In this document: positions 49,331-57,823 of the stretch, piece after piece
Layout: every line of letters begins with the position of its first letter
How positions within the stretch are numbered: position 1 is the first letter of the stretch
DNA from: a virus
Length of the DNA: 64,000 nt
Virus record (IMG/VR): IMGVR_UViG_3300033388_005371
Location: 7,025 to 71,024 of that record
Reading direction: 5' to 3' (one strand)
Position numbers and translations under genes: made by a program
The notes under the pieces: generated by a model
Told to the model about the DNA's origin: nothing
Databases searched by the model: none
Seen by the model: only the letters and a program-made list of their open reading frames with translations

Positions 49331-49681
49331 TTAATTAAAATTCATAATCTTATTGTATAGACGCTCTAATTCTGGTGAACGTTGTTTAATTTCTTTAATT
49401 ATTTCAATACAAACATCGTTTGGGTCTTCTTTATCTGTAAGTCTATACTGTAACTCTTTAACCCTAACCATATCTTTAATATTGTGCTTGAATTCAATTA
49501 TAACTTGATTATACGTAACCCAAGCCTTTTTAATACTAAGTGACTCCGAACTAAGTCTACCAGTTAAGTTCTCCTCATAAAGTTTTTCCACAATAGTTTC
49601 CTCATACTTAGACTCTAAATAAGTTTCAAAACCACCATACAAATCTTTAAGTTCTTTCTTTATTTTATCCCTCAAACACAT
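49331..49681 (-). CDS. Hypothetical protein, paralog of 48527..48865
   Basis: ELQYRLTDKEDPNDVCIEII. Confidence 0.6.
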   Translation of the reverse strand: MCLRDKIKKELKDLYGGFETYLESKYEETIVEKLYEENLTGRLSSESLSIKKAWVTYNQVIIEFKHNIKDMVRVKELQYRLTDKEDPNDVCIEIIKEIKQRSPELERLYNKIMNFN

Positions 49682-49685
49682 ATAA

Positions 49686-49952
49686 TTAAGTCTTAATATA
49701 GATGTTTTTCAAATGTTCAACAATCTCACCACTAGTAATGCTCAAATCCAACTTACACTCTAATTTTATAGATAATAATTCAAACAAATCAATTACACCA
49801 TCATAAATCATTTGTTGGTGTAATAACCCTTGTTCTGTTTTTTCACCAGTTAACCTTGAATGATAAAAATTAATCATACTTCTTTCAATCATTTTAGATT
49901 CTTTCGGGTAGTGTGTGTTGATGAATTCTAATATTATATTCTCAATACTCAT
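49686..49952 (-). CDS. Hypothetical protein
   Basis: 88 aa, ATGA-coupled. Confidence 0.5.
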   Translation of the reverse strand: MSIENIILEFINTHYPKESKMIERSMINFYHSRLTGEKTEQGLLHQQMIYDGVIDLFELLSIKLECKLDLSITSGEIVEHLKNIYIKT

Positions 49953-50290
49953 GACATTGTTATGTTTTTAGATAACCGACTAGAGTTATTTAAATCCCCC
50001 CTATACCAATCATTAATTATCTGTTGAATAAATTCATCACCTAACTGATATTTATACTTAAAATAATCGAATAATGACCTAACAGTCATTAATTCTTGAC
50101 TCACTTTATTAAGTATCATCGCTTCCTCATGGAATTCACCCCCTTTTTTATATGTACCTTGTGATGGTTCATAGTTTAAATCTAAGTCAGCGACAATACG
50201 TCTAACCATAGTTTCGTGAGCATCAGATTCACAAATATAATTTTTTAATACTTTTAATTGGTTCTCTGATATTATTACTTTTGTTCCCAT
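49949..50290 (-). CDS. Hypothetical protein with a KVIISENQL...ICE N-terminal motif
   Basis: Late motif at 50294-50301. Confidence 0.6.
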   Translation of the reverse strand: MGTKVIISENQLKVLKNYICESDAHETMVRRIVADLDLNYEPSQGTYKKGGEFHEEAMILNKVSQELMTVRSLFDYFKYKYQLGDEFIQQIINDWYRGDLNNSSRLSKNITMS

Positions 50291-50311
50291 ATTAATAAAT
50301 ATTTGGTTAAT

Positions 50312-50350
50312 AAAAAAAAAACGAGGTGATTATCACCTCGTTTTTTTTTT
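50312..50350. terminator. Rho-independent terminator
   Basis: A-tract-cgaggtgat-t-atcacctcg-T-tract. Confidence 0.8.
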
Positions 50351-50357
50351 ATCATTA

Positions 50358-50675
50358 TTATTTTAAAGAATTAATTTTATCTTGATAAACAGTTTTTGAT
50401 TTTAGACCAATTAACCTATCCACTTCCTTACCATCTTTAAAGTAAATAACTACTGGAATACTTTTAACCCCGTATGATGTAGCCAATTCTGGATTTTTAT
50501 CAACATTAACCTTACCAATCGCAACATTTTCATCACTTTTATTATCCAAGGTTAATTCATCAATGATTGGACCAACCACCCTACATGGTCCACACCACTG
50601 AGCCCAAAAATCCAACACTACAATATTTGTTTTTAAAACCCCATCTATGTTTGAGTCTGTAACTTCTAATGTCAT
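50358..50675 (-). CDS. trxA: Thioredoxin
   Basis: LDFWAQWCGPCR, KVNVD, YGVKSIP, FKDG. Confidence 0.95.
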   Translation of the reverse strand: MTLEVTDSNIDGVLKTNIVVLDFWAQWCGPCRVVGPIIDELTLDNKSDENVAIGKVNVDKNPELATSYGVKSIPVVIYFKDGKEVDRLIGLKSKTVYQDKINSLK

Positions 50676-50742
50676 ATGTATTTTTTATTTTTTATTTTTT
50701 ATTTTATTTGAAATAATAATATATATTTATAATTAAAAATCA

Positions 50743-51015
50743 ATGACACCTACAACATTTATTTGGAAACACTTCTTTTCTAGGTTAATACCCCCAAGCC
50801 ATCCCGCAGTTTATCAGTACGTTAAGGGTGGACACAGAAGTAAAGAAACTGCAATTAAACGTGTCACCGAAGAGGTCTATGATTATTGTAACCCTTACTG
50901 GATGGGAGATGATGTTTTTGACTTAGTATTCGTCAAAAAAGTATCTAAACAATACCTTAAGGTTATGGAACAAGAATATAAATGTGGTAACATTAAGATA
51001 CGAGAAATATATTAA
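50743..51015 (+). CDS. Hypothetical protein
   Basis: 90 aa, TATTTATA at 50724. Confidence 0.5.
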   Translation: MTPTTFIWKHFFSRLIPPSHPAVYQYVKGGHRSKETAIKRVTEEVYDYCNPYWMGDDVFDLVFVKKVSKQYLKVMEQEYKCGNIKIREIY

Positions 51016-51307
51016 ACTTACTTTTAATTTCTTTAACCTTTAAGTAATAATCTTCGTACTTTTTGTACTTAAAAAATTTAGCAACATATGTTGCGGACTC
51101 TTTAACCGATATACCCAATATATCAGTTACCTCACCTAAAATTGGTAACATATACATCTCAACACCCCCATAATTATTATCCTCAATACCTTTAGTAATA
51201 TAATTTGTAAATAAATAATAACCATCAAATTCACTATTATTAAAAACTATAATGGATGCATCAACAATAACTAAATTAATATATTCTTCAAAAATATCCT
51301 TACTCAT
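50993..51307 (-). CDS. Hypothetical protein
   Basis: 104-aa ORF. Confidence 0.5.
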   Translation of the reverse strand: MSKDIFEEYINLVIVDASIIVFNNSEFDGYYLFTNYITKGIEDNNYGGVEMYMLPILGEVTDILGISVKESATYVAKFFKYKKYEDYYLKVKEIKSKFNIFLVS

Positions 51308-51319
51308 AACTATAAATTT

Positions 51320-52123
51320 TTAATTATCACCAATGACTACAACACCAAAATTTTTAAGATTCCCCTTCTCTGGTACATTAACATACATTATTTTCTCCAT
51401 ATCTGGAAATACCCCACCTAACTTTTTAAAGTCTAAAATATCTAATTCAGTACCATATAAATCAATAAGCTTAGACTTAAAAGTCACCACATAACCACCA
51501 AGTTCACACAATGCACCAAACGAAGATAATTCACTAAGACGCAAATCCAATGACCCATTAATATGGTATAAACGACCTAATGAATTTAAAGATTTACACC
51601 CACTAATTATAACATCCCCACTAACTTCTCTCAAATCACCAAGGGAACTAAGCTTATTATTCAATAATAAATTCAGTTTACCATTTATTAGTTGAATATT
51701 ATTTAATGACTCAACTTTAGTACCAAATAAAAATAAATCCCCATTTATTTCAACCAAATTATTAAATTTTTCGAAACTTGTTGTTTCAATATATAGACTA
51801 CGACAATATGATAATTTACTAGTTGTTTCAATCCTACACTGTGATACCCTAATATCCCCTTCAACGGTTTTTAAATCACCAAAATCTTCAATATCACTAG
51901 CACCAACACTTAAGTTACCATCAATTCGTTTCAACTTACCCATAGATTTCACCCCTAAAATACCATTCAAATTAATATTACCAGTAAAATATTCTCGTTT
52001 ATTAAAATAATTAATTAATGTGTCACCAACCTCACTAGTTTTACAATCAAATAATCGTGAGACACTAGTGACATTAATGTTATCTAATTTATCAATTAAT
52101 TTATTTTCAATTCTATCAAACAT
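51320..52123 (-). CDS. LRR / receptor-L-like beta-solenoid repeat protein
   Basis: About 22-aa repeats of the form SLGxLxxVxGxLxL. Confidence 0.7.
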   Translation of the reverse strand: MFDRIENKLIDKLDNINVTSVSRLFDCKTSEVGDTLINYFNKREYFTGNINLNGILGVKSMGKLKRIDGNLSVGASDIEDFGDLKTVEGDIRVSQCRIETTSKLSYCRSLYIETTSFEKFNNLVEINGDLFLFGTKVESLNNIQLINGKLNLLLNNKLSSLGDLREVSGDVIISGCKSLNSLGRLYHINGSLDLRLSELSSFGALCELGGYVVTFKSKLIDLYGTELDILDFKKLGGVFPDMEKIMYVNVPEKGNLKNFGVVVIGDN

Positions 52124-52200
52124 AGTACAAATATAAAGATTAAATGTTAAATAACCAAATAATTTATTGACAAATTAATTTATTTTAATTAAACTTAGGT

Positions 52201-52581
52201 ATGAACAAAATAAATGATAAGGTAAAAAACCTAATATTAAGGTATATAAATTGTAATTATAAAGTCCTTAATAATTATATTTTTTGCAATACAGATTATA
52301 AAATATCACCAAACAAAATGTCACAATCTATTAGTCTAGCATTTGATATTTCATTAAACTCATCTGACCAAATAATAATGACTTGGTTAATAAATAATGA
52401 CTATCAAAACATAATCGTTAATTGGTATCGAGTACCAGAAGAATATGATTATAAACCCAGTTGGTTTCAAACCATTGAATCTGGCACCTATACCTACACA
52501 ACTAATAATAGTAATTATATTATGGGTGTAGATGCAGCAATTACAATCGACCAACATATTGTTTTAACAACCCAAGCATAA
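52201..52581 (+). CDS. Hypothetical protein
   Basis: 126 aa; TTGACA-N17-TAAACT upstream (about 52167-52195). Confidence 0.5.
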   Translation: MNKINDKVKNLILRYINCNYKVLNNYIFCNTDYKISPNKMSQSISLAFDISLNSSDQIIMTWLINNDYQNIIVNWYRVPEEYDYKPSWFQTIESGTYTYTTNNSNYIMGVDAAITIDQHIVLTTQA

Positions 52582-52821
52582 TTAAACACCATGGAGTTCA
52601 TTAATAATTTCTTCAATTTCATTTATCTTATCAGACAAATCTGGATTTGAACCCATAAAACCCTCAAAAACCCTCCAATCCTCAATAGAGGTAATACAGT
52701 TAGTTAATAACTTGTTGTTTTCAAAATCATTGTAATCTTCATGAACTTTTTTTAAAACAACAGCGGCTTTATGTAGTTTTTTTATTTTATCTCGATATAC
52801 CATTAAATCAACTTTTTTCAT
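52582..52821 (-). CDS. Hypothetical protein
   Basis: 79-aa ORF. Confidence 0.5.
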   Translation of the reverse strand: MKKVDLMVYRDKIKKLHKAAVVLKKVHEDYNDFENNKLLTNCITSIEDWRVFEGFMGSNPDLSDKINEIEEIINELHGV

Positions 52822-52892
52822 AAAAAAATATTTTAAACAAATTTAGGGTATTAGTTTGATTTTGACAAGTATTTTAATATATATTATCTAAT

Positions 52893-53165
52893 ATGAATAA
52901 TATAGATGAATTTTCTATGAAAATTATGTTAGATTTTCTTCAAACAAATTTTCCAGTAAAAAGATTAAAAGACGGTAGACGTTTTAGACGTGGTATTGTA
53001 TTGGACAGCGGGTTTATTGGTAGACAAAGTATTAAAACCTACATGGCACCAAAATCTGAACGCAGACGAACATTCATATTATTATCTAAAATATTAGAAG
53101 ATGTGTTTGGCATCCCTAAATACGAAATAAATACTGTTCTAACCATATACTTAAATATAATATAA
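52893..53165 (+). CDS. Hypothetical basic protein
   Basis: 90-aa ORF. Confidence 0.55.
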   Translation: MNNIDEFSMKIMLDFLQTNFPVKRLKDGRRFRRGIVLDSGFIGRQSIKTYMAPKSERRRTFILLSKILEDVFGIPKYEINTVLTIYLNII

Positions 53166-53170
53166 CAAAA

Positions 53171-53740
53171 TTATTTTTTCTTTTCAAAAGTTAATTCACT
53201 AAAATATTTTACATTATTACCATCAATACTCCCATATGTCTCTTGGACATAAAAGTTAGCTTGATTATCCGTACCATTAAGGTACGCTGATATAGGTCTA
53301 GAACTACCACCTAATTTTTGAGGACCAAACCCATTTTCAACTATAGTCATATTACTAGTAGTTAAATAAAACCCATAGGGTTGTATACTATCATTATTTA
53401 ACCAAAACTCACCAGTATTAGGTATGGTAGGTGGTGCAATAAACGTCCATGTGGTCGAATCTTTAACAATTCTTTCAAAATCAAATACCACACCCTCATA
53501 CCTTAAACTAGATACTGTTTTATTGTTGTCAAAATGCCCGTAAACAGTTTTTTCACCAGTATCTAGATTATCAATATACATTTTCCCATCCACTAATAAC
53601 CATTCCCCAAACACAGAAATTGTACTATCAACATTTTCTACTTGTACTATAGGTTCAACATTAGGTGTTATAATCTTTTTTTGACAAGAAGTTAAATTGA
53701 TAAATAAAAATAAACCTAATAGCACTAATAATTTTTTCAT
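53171..53740 (-). CDS. Lipoprotein (lipocalin-like?)
   Basis: MKK-hydrophobic-LTSC lipobox; GEW motif; host-type promoter at 53769-53799. Confidence 0.75.
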   Translation of the reverse strand: MKKLLVLLGLFLFINLTSCQKKIITPNVEPIVQVENVDSTISVFGEWLLVDGKMYIDNLDTGEKTVYGHFDNNKTVSSLRYEGVVFDFERIVKDSTTWTFIAPPTIPNTGEFWLNNDSIQPYGFYLTTSNMTIVENGFGPQKLGGSSRPISAYLNGTDNQANFYVQETYGSIDGNNVKYFSELTFEKKK

Positions 53741-53905
53741 TCTGTTAATTTTAAATGTTAATGTGTGACAAATATAAGTAAATTAATTTAATCTACAAAA
53801 TTTTTTAATAAATTAATTTACTATTAAAGACATTTAATTGTGATTTAGTAATTATCCACCGATGAATACTTGTTTATAAATAAAAAAGTATGTACCTTTG
53901 TGTTA

Positions 53906-54439
53906 ATGGAAAATTTAGATAAAAGAAATACTGGGTTTTTAAAAGACTTATTAAAATATGGTAAAACTGGTGAAAAAGACATCGCTAGTTTTTTTAAATC
54001 CAGAGGTTATACAATTAATAAGACTAAAAATGATAGTAAATATGATTTTAAAATGACCAAAAACGGTAAAACAAAAACCGTTGAAGTTAAATCCGATTAT
54101 AAATGTATAACACCATCAATACCGTCACTACCAACTAAAGATACTGGTAATATATTTATTGAATACCAGTCTTGGGGTAAAGCTGGTGGAATTGAGGCAA
54201 CAGAAGCGGACGTATTTGCTTACATGTTTGGTGCCCTAAAACCTAGAGAACTATGGTTAATATCAGTATATGATTTAAAAGAATTGATTAAAAATAATAA
54301 TTTCATCACCACTAAAGATTCTGGTGATGAAGGTAGTGACACGGAAGGATATTTAATACCAAGATGGGAACATTTTAATTCATTCGCTGTGTACAAAGAA
54401 ATAGATAATTTATGGAAGATACAAAAAAACCAAAATTAA
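53906..54439 (+). CDS. PD-(D/E)XK nuclease (start trimmed to ATG 53906)
   Basis: GEK...YDF...VEVKSD...TGNIFIEY...GIEATEAD; TACCTTTG promoter element at 53893. Confidence 0.7.
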   Translation: MENLDKRNTGFLKDLLKYGKTGEKDIASFFKSRGYTINKTKNDSKYDFKMTKNGKTKTVEVKSDYKCITPSIPSLPTKDTGNIFIEYQSWGKAGGIEATEADVFAYMFGALKPRELWLISVYDLKELIKNNNFITTKDSGDEGSDTEGYLIPRWEHFNSFAVYKEIDNLWKIQKNQN

Positions 54440-54906
54440 CAATAGAATTGGTACCCACAACTTGTTTTTTTTCTAATGTTAGAAGTCAAATACCAAAAAA
54501 AGAATGGGATAGACTGCGTAAGGAATCATATAAGAACGCCAAATATAAATGTGAAGTTTGTGGTAGTACTGGATTAGAACAAGGCTATAAACACGCCCTA
54601 GAATGTCACGAAATATGGTCATATGATGATGAAACCAAAACACAAAAGTTAGAGGGTTTAATTTCATTATGTCCAAGATGTCACCAAGTAAAACATATTG
54701 GTAGAACAACAATAATTGGTAAGCAAGCGGAAGCTTTTAAACAGTTAGAAAAAGTTAATGGGTGGGACCATAAACAAGTTGTGGATTATGTTGCTGAAGC
54801 GTTCCTTACACATCGTTGGCGTTCTAATTGGGAATGGAAACTAGATATAAGTATGCTTACTGAGGTTTACGGGGTTGATAAAAAAATAATTAAGGAAGGG
54901 CGTTAA
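54412..54906 (+). CDS. HNH endonuclease
   Basis: CEVCG...LECHEIW...LISLCPRCHQVKH. Confidence 0.85.
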   Translation: MEDTKKPKLTIELVPTTCFFSNVRSQIPKKEWDRLRKESYKNAKYKCEVCGSTGLEQGYKHALECHEIWSYDDETKTQKLEGLISLCPRCHQVKHIGRTTIIGKQAEAFKQLEKVNGWDHKQVVDYVAEAFLTHRWRSNWEWKLDISMLTEVYGVDKKIIKEGR

Positions 54907-55130
54907 TTATTTTTTTTAATATCTTTTAACGTGTTTTTTAATATATCACTATTATTAAAAACTTGTATGTGTTCATCAACGGTACCATTCTTTTTATAGT
55001 GTGGTAAAACAACTAATTCAAAATGTTTTACTTGTTTCCTATACCACATACTATTTTCACGCATAAGTTCCTCGTATGAATACTGTGTCACCAACCATCT
55101 ACCAAATAAAACCATCTTAACTTCCTCCAT
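54903..55130 (-). CDS. Hypothetical protein
   Basis: 75-aa ORF. Confidence 0.5.
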   Translation of the reverse strand: MEEVKMVLFGRWLVTQYSYEELMRENSMWYRKQVKHFELVVLPHYKKNGTVDEHIQVFNNSDILKNTLKDIKKNN

Positions 55131-55150
55131 ATCTAATAATTTTTTTACAC

Positions 55151-55465
55151 TTATTTAGTTGGATTATACGCTTTATAACTAGCAACCAATTCATCACCAG
55201 CCTTTATTTTTTTAATCGTTCTAATCATCAAAACTTCAACTTGATACTCTTGATGAAATCTCATAAAATTTTCAATATTAGGGGTTTCCGAATGATTATA
55301 AAACCCACCCAAAGGTAAGCGAATTAACCCATTATCCCACCTAGAATCCTTAACGTGAGTAATCCCTAATTCAACTCCAATATCAATATCTTCTACTGCA
55401 AATAATCCTAACCCATCAATATCACTACTCTTAATGGTTAATTGTCTCGGTAACGGTCTATACAT
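55151..55465 (-). CDS. Minimal SET-domain methyltransferase
   Basis: SDIDGLGLFA, FYNHSETPN, IKAGDELVASY. Confidence 0.88.
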   Translation of the reverse strand: MYRPLPRQLTIKSSDIDGLGLFAVEDIDIGVELGITHVKDSRWDNGLIRLPLGGFYNHSETPNIENFMRFHQEYQVEVLMIRTIKKIKAGDELVASYKAYNPTK

Positions 55466-55481
55466 AATTTATCTTTTTTTT

Positions 55482-55847
55482 TTATGACCCAAACTTTTCT
55501 GGGTAATTATCTATTAAATTTTTAAGTATTCCTTCAAACTTACACACAGTCTCATAATCTAACCCAGAAATTGCATTGTAAGTCCTAATATCATATAATG
55601 AAATCATAGGGTTATTCTTACCCATATTTAACCCATTGCGACTAACATCACTAGGTTTCTTATCCTCAGCAGTCGTACCTTTTAACTGGTGCCATAAATC
55701 TTCAATACTAATTGAAACTTCACCAGTTTTCATCCCTTTTAACTTTAATATTACTTTTTGCTCACCACTAATTGTAATATTTATTTCCCTATCCCCAATT
55801 TTAACACTTGATTCCCTTATTAAATCCTTTACTAATTTAGTTGCCAT
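55482..55847 (-). CDS. Hypothetical protein
   Basis: 121-aa ORF. Confidence 0.55.
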   Translation of the reverse strand: MATKLVKDLIRESSVKIGDREINITISGEQKVILKLKGMKTGEVSISIEDLWHQLKGTTAEDKKPSDVSRNGLNMGKNNPMISLYDIRTYNAISGLDYETVCKFEGILKNLIDNYPEKFGS

Positions 55848-55848
55848 A

Positions 55849-56463
55849 TTACGCTCTTAATTTTTCTAATAATTCTGAAAATTCACCATAGTAATCCCTA
55901 GTATCAAATTCATCTGGGTGAATACTCTTAAACTTAAAATACATCTCATTGCAAACACTAAAGTCCACAATCTTTTGGTACTCCTTTAATTGTAAACCAA
56001 AGTGTAATATTCTCAATGCGTGGAACATCCCCTTTTTAGCCCTATCCTTGAACCCAGACTTAGCTTGTTGGTTAGCAACGTGACGACTAGAAGATGCCTT
56101 AGAAATAATCTTCTTAATCATAGTCTTTGTATCCCAGTTAGTAACCTTGAAGTCCCAACTATTTTTAAGCACAATATCGTCAGGTAATGACAAACACTCT
56201 AATGAGGTAACGTCATAATCATTTATTGCGTTAATGAACCCACCTCTGGAATAAACAACACCTTGAATTAAACCATCCACACTAGTTAATGGTGAAGTTA
56301 ACTTAAAGGAACCATCACCTAATATCCCACTTTTCATAATGATTATGAAATCACTATCCGACTTAGAATCAGCCGTACCATACACTTGACTCCCATAAGG
56401 AAAAATAGATAATACTTCACCCTTAATAGAAAGCTCATTTATTATCTTATCTGAATCTATCAT
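55849..56463 (-). CDS. Pol-beta-superfamily nucleotidyltransferase
   Basis: YGSQVYGT...SDSDF (GS...DxD), KGMFHALRIL. Confidence 0.8.
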   Translation of the reverse strand: MIDSDKIINELSIKGEVLSIFPYGSQVYGTADSKSDSDFIIIMKSGILGDGSFKLTSPLTSVDGLIQGVVYSRGGFINAINDYDVTSLECLSLPDDIVLKNSWDFKVTNWDTKTMIKKIISKASSSRHVANQQAKSGFKDRAKKGMFHALRILHFGLQLKEYQKIVDFSVCNEMYFKFKSIHPDEFDTRDYYGEFSELLEKLRA

Positions 56464-56479
56464 AAATTAGTTTTATTTG

Positions 56480-56531
56480 TTTTAACATCATCACTATTGT
56501 ACTTAAATAACCATAAACAATTACGTTATAA
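56480..56531 (-). mobile_element. Degenerate attC-like site (end of cassette cluster 1)
   Basis: TTATAAC carrying the upstream stop codon ... GTTAAAA; weak inner pairing. Confidence 0.3.
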
Positions 56532-56762
56532 AATATAAGAGGATTTACTTTGCCTTAAAATCTCTTTTTCTATAACTTTTGGGAAATCACTCCAACCCTT
56601 TTCATTTAACATATTTAACTCTTTAGCATATCTTCCATGCATAGAGTTTTCTTTATTTACTTTTATAAAGTAATAACAAACACCATCATAGTAGTTTATT
56701 AACTTAACTTTTTCACCTTCTATGTTGTATATTTTTTCGTCTTTACTTTCTTGTAATTTCAT
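56526..56762 (-). CDS. Cassette-like small protein
   Basis: 78 aa; stop codon lies in a TAAC box. Confidence 0.55.
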   Translation of the reverse strand: MKLQESKDEKIYNIEGEKVKLINYYDGVCYYFIKVNKENSMHGRYAKELNMLNEKGWSDFPKVIEKEILRQSKSSYIL

Positions 56763-56823
56763 ATTGTTCTGTTTTTATTTAATCCGTTAAAAATATAACC
56801 ATATTAGAGCGCATTAAAACACA

Positions 56824-57079
56824 TAATAACATTGTGTAAGTAAACATAAAATTTACTTAACAATAATATCTTGTAGTTTTTCAATTCTATTTAGCCACTT
56901 ATCACGCTCATAGATATTGCTGCCAACCGCATAAATAAACCTTATACCTTTTTGTTTTACTAACATTTCTTTTCTTAACTCATACTTTACGACTTTTTTA
57001 CAGCAAAAATCTATGAGCTTTCTAACTATCCATTGTTTCATAATCGTAAATTTTTTGTTTCTTATACTTAGCGTTATAC
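56824..57079 (-). mobile_element. attC-like site whose loop holds a 62-aa ORF
   Basis: GTATAAC-GCTAA-GTATAAG-AAACA-AAAAATTTAC ... GTAAATTTT-A-TGTTT-A-CTTACAC-AAT-GTTATTA. Confidence 0.6.
56853..57041 (-). CDS. Small protein encoded inside an attC-like stem
   Basis: 62 aa; TTACGATT-ATG ... AAG-TAA-ATTTT. Confidence 0.55.
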   Translation of the reverse strand: MKQWIVRKLIDFCCKKVVKYELRKEMLVKQKGIRFIYAVGSNIYERDKWLNRIEKLQDIIVK

Positions 57080-57403
57080 ACCATATTCACGATAATAAAC
57101 CTTCCCATCTTTTTTGTTTTTTAGATTAACAGAGAATTTACCATCAGTACATTCTACATCCCAATCTTCATCTTTCTCTTCTCCTTTTGCTCTGTTAAAA
57201 AACAAAAGTCTATTGCAGTCACAAGAGTAGTTGTTCTCTTCCCAATTAAAAACAGATGGGTGCTCGTCACCTATTTCTAAAATTTCGTGGGTTTCAAATT
57301 CTCTTATTTCACCAGTATCGTTTTTCCTAATTTCAGCAATGCATTCTACCCGAATACAGTTTTTTATTTGGTGACTTTCTTTTTTTACCACTATCCAATC
57401 CAT
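57074..57403 (-). CDS. Cassette-like protein with a CDCNR motif
   Basis: 109 aa; WEENNYSCDCNR; stop codon lies in a TAAC box. Confidence 0.65.
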   Translation of the reverse strand: MDWIVVKKESHQIKNCIRVECIAEIRKNDTGEIREFETHEILEIGDEHPSVFNWEENNYSCDCNRLLFFNRAKGEEKDEDWDVECTDGKFSVNLKNKKDGKVYYREYGV

Positions 57404-57580
57404 CTATTTTTAAATTAAGTTTTATAAAAATACGGTGCATAACACCCTTCTTTAAATTCATTCATAATATAATACTTTTAAAATACTCTATTCATTCCAC
57501 CAGTGCGTTATTCCCACTTCTTTAGCATAGTAACACCAAGTGTTGTGGTCGCTTACCATTGTAATACCTTGTGTGTCATT

Positions 57581-57823
57581 TTCATAACACAATAAAAATT
57601 ACTTACGTTCCTCTACTTTATATCTGTTGCTTAAAATAGAATAGGCTTCTAATTCTGATAGTTCATATTTTCTAACCATACTTAGCAATTCAAAAATATC
57701 GTTCCATTGTTTAAGTTGCTTACCTATTGTATTTCCTTCAATCTTTAATTCTTTCTTTGTTAATTTTCTTATATCGCTCATATTCGTAATTTTTAAAACA
57801 CTTCATACAATCGTCCGTTATGC
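57581..57823 (-). mobile_element. attC-like site with a partly deleted right arm and a 60-aa ORF in the loop
   Basis: GCATAAC...AAAAATTACG-AAT-ATG ... AAG-TAATTTTTA...GTTATG. Confidence 0.45.
57599..57781 (-). CDS. Small protein flanked by AAAAATTAC/GTAATTTTT inverted repeats
   Basis: 60 aa. Confidence 0.55.
   Translation of the reverse strand: MSDIRKLTKKELKIEGNTIGKQLKQWNDIFELLSMVRKYELSELEAYSILSNRYKVEERK

Noticed and set aside
52514-52535. YIMGVD peptide and an ~19-nt match shared with the terminase nuclease motif
   Set aside because: Too short to separate from chance in AT-rich DNA, and there is no flanking similarity
53906-54906. PD-(D/E)XK plus HNH pair as a restriction or defence system
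   Set aside because: No methyltransferase or partner is adjacent; both families are common stand-alone phage genes
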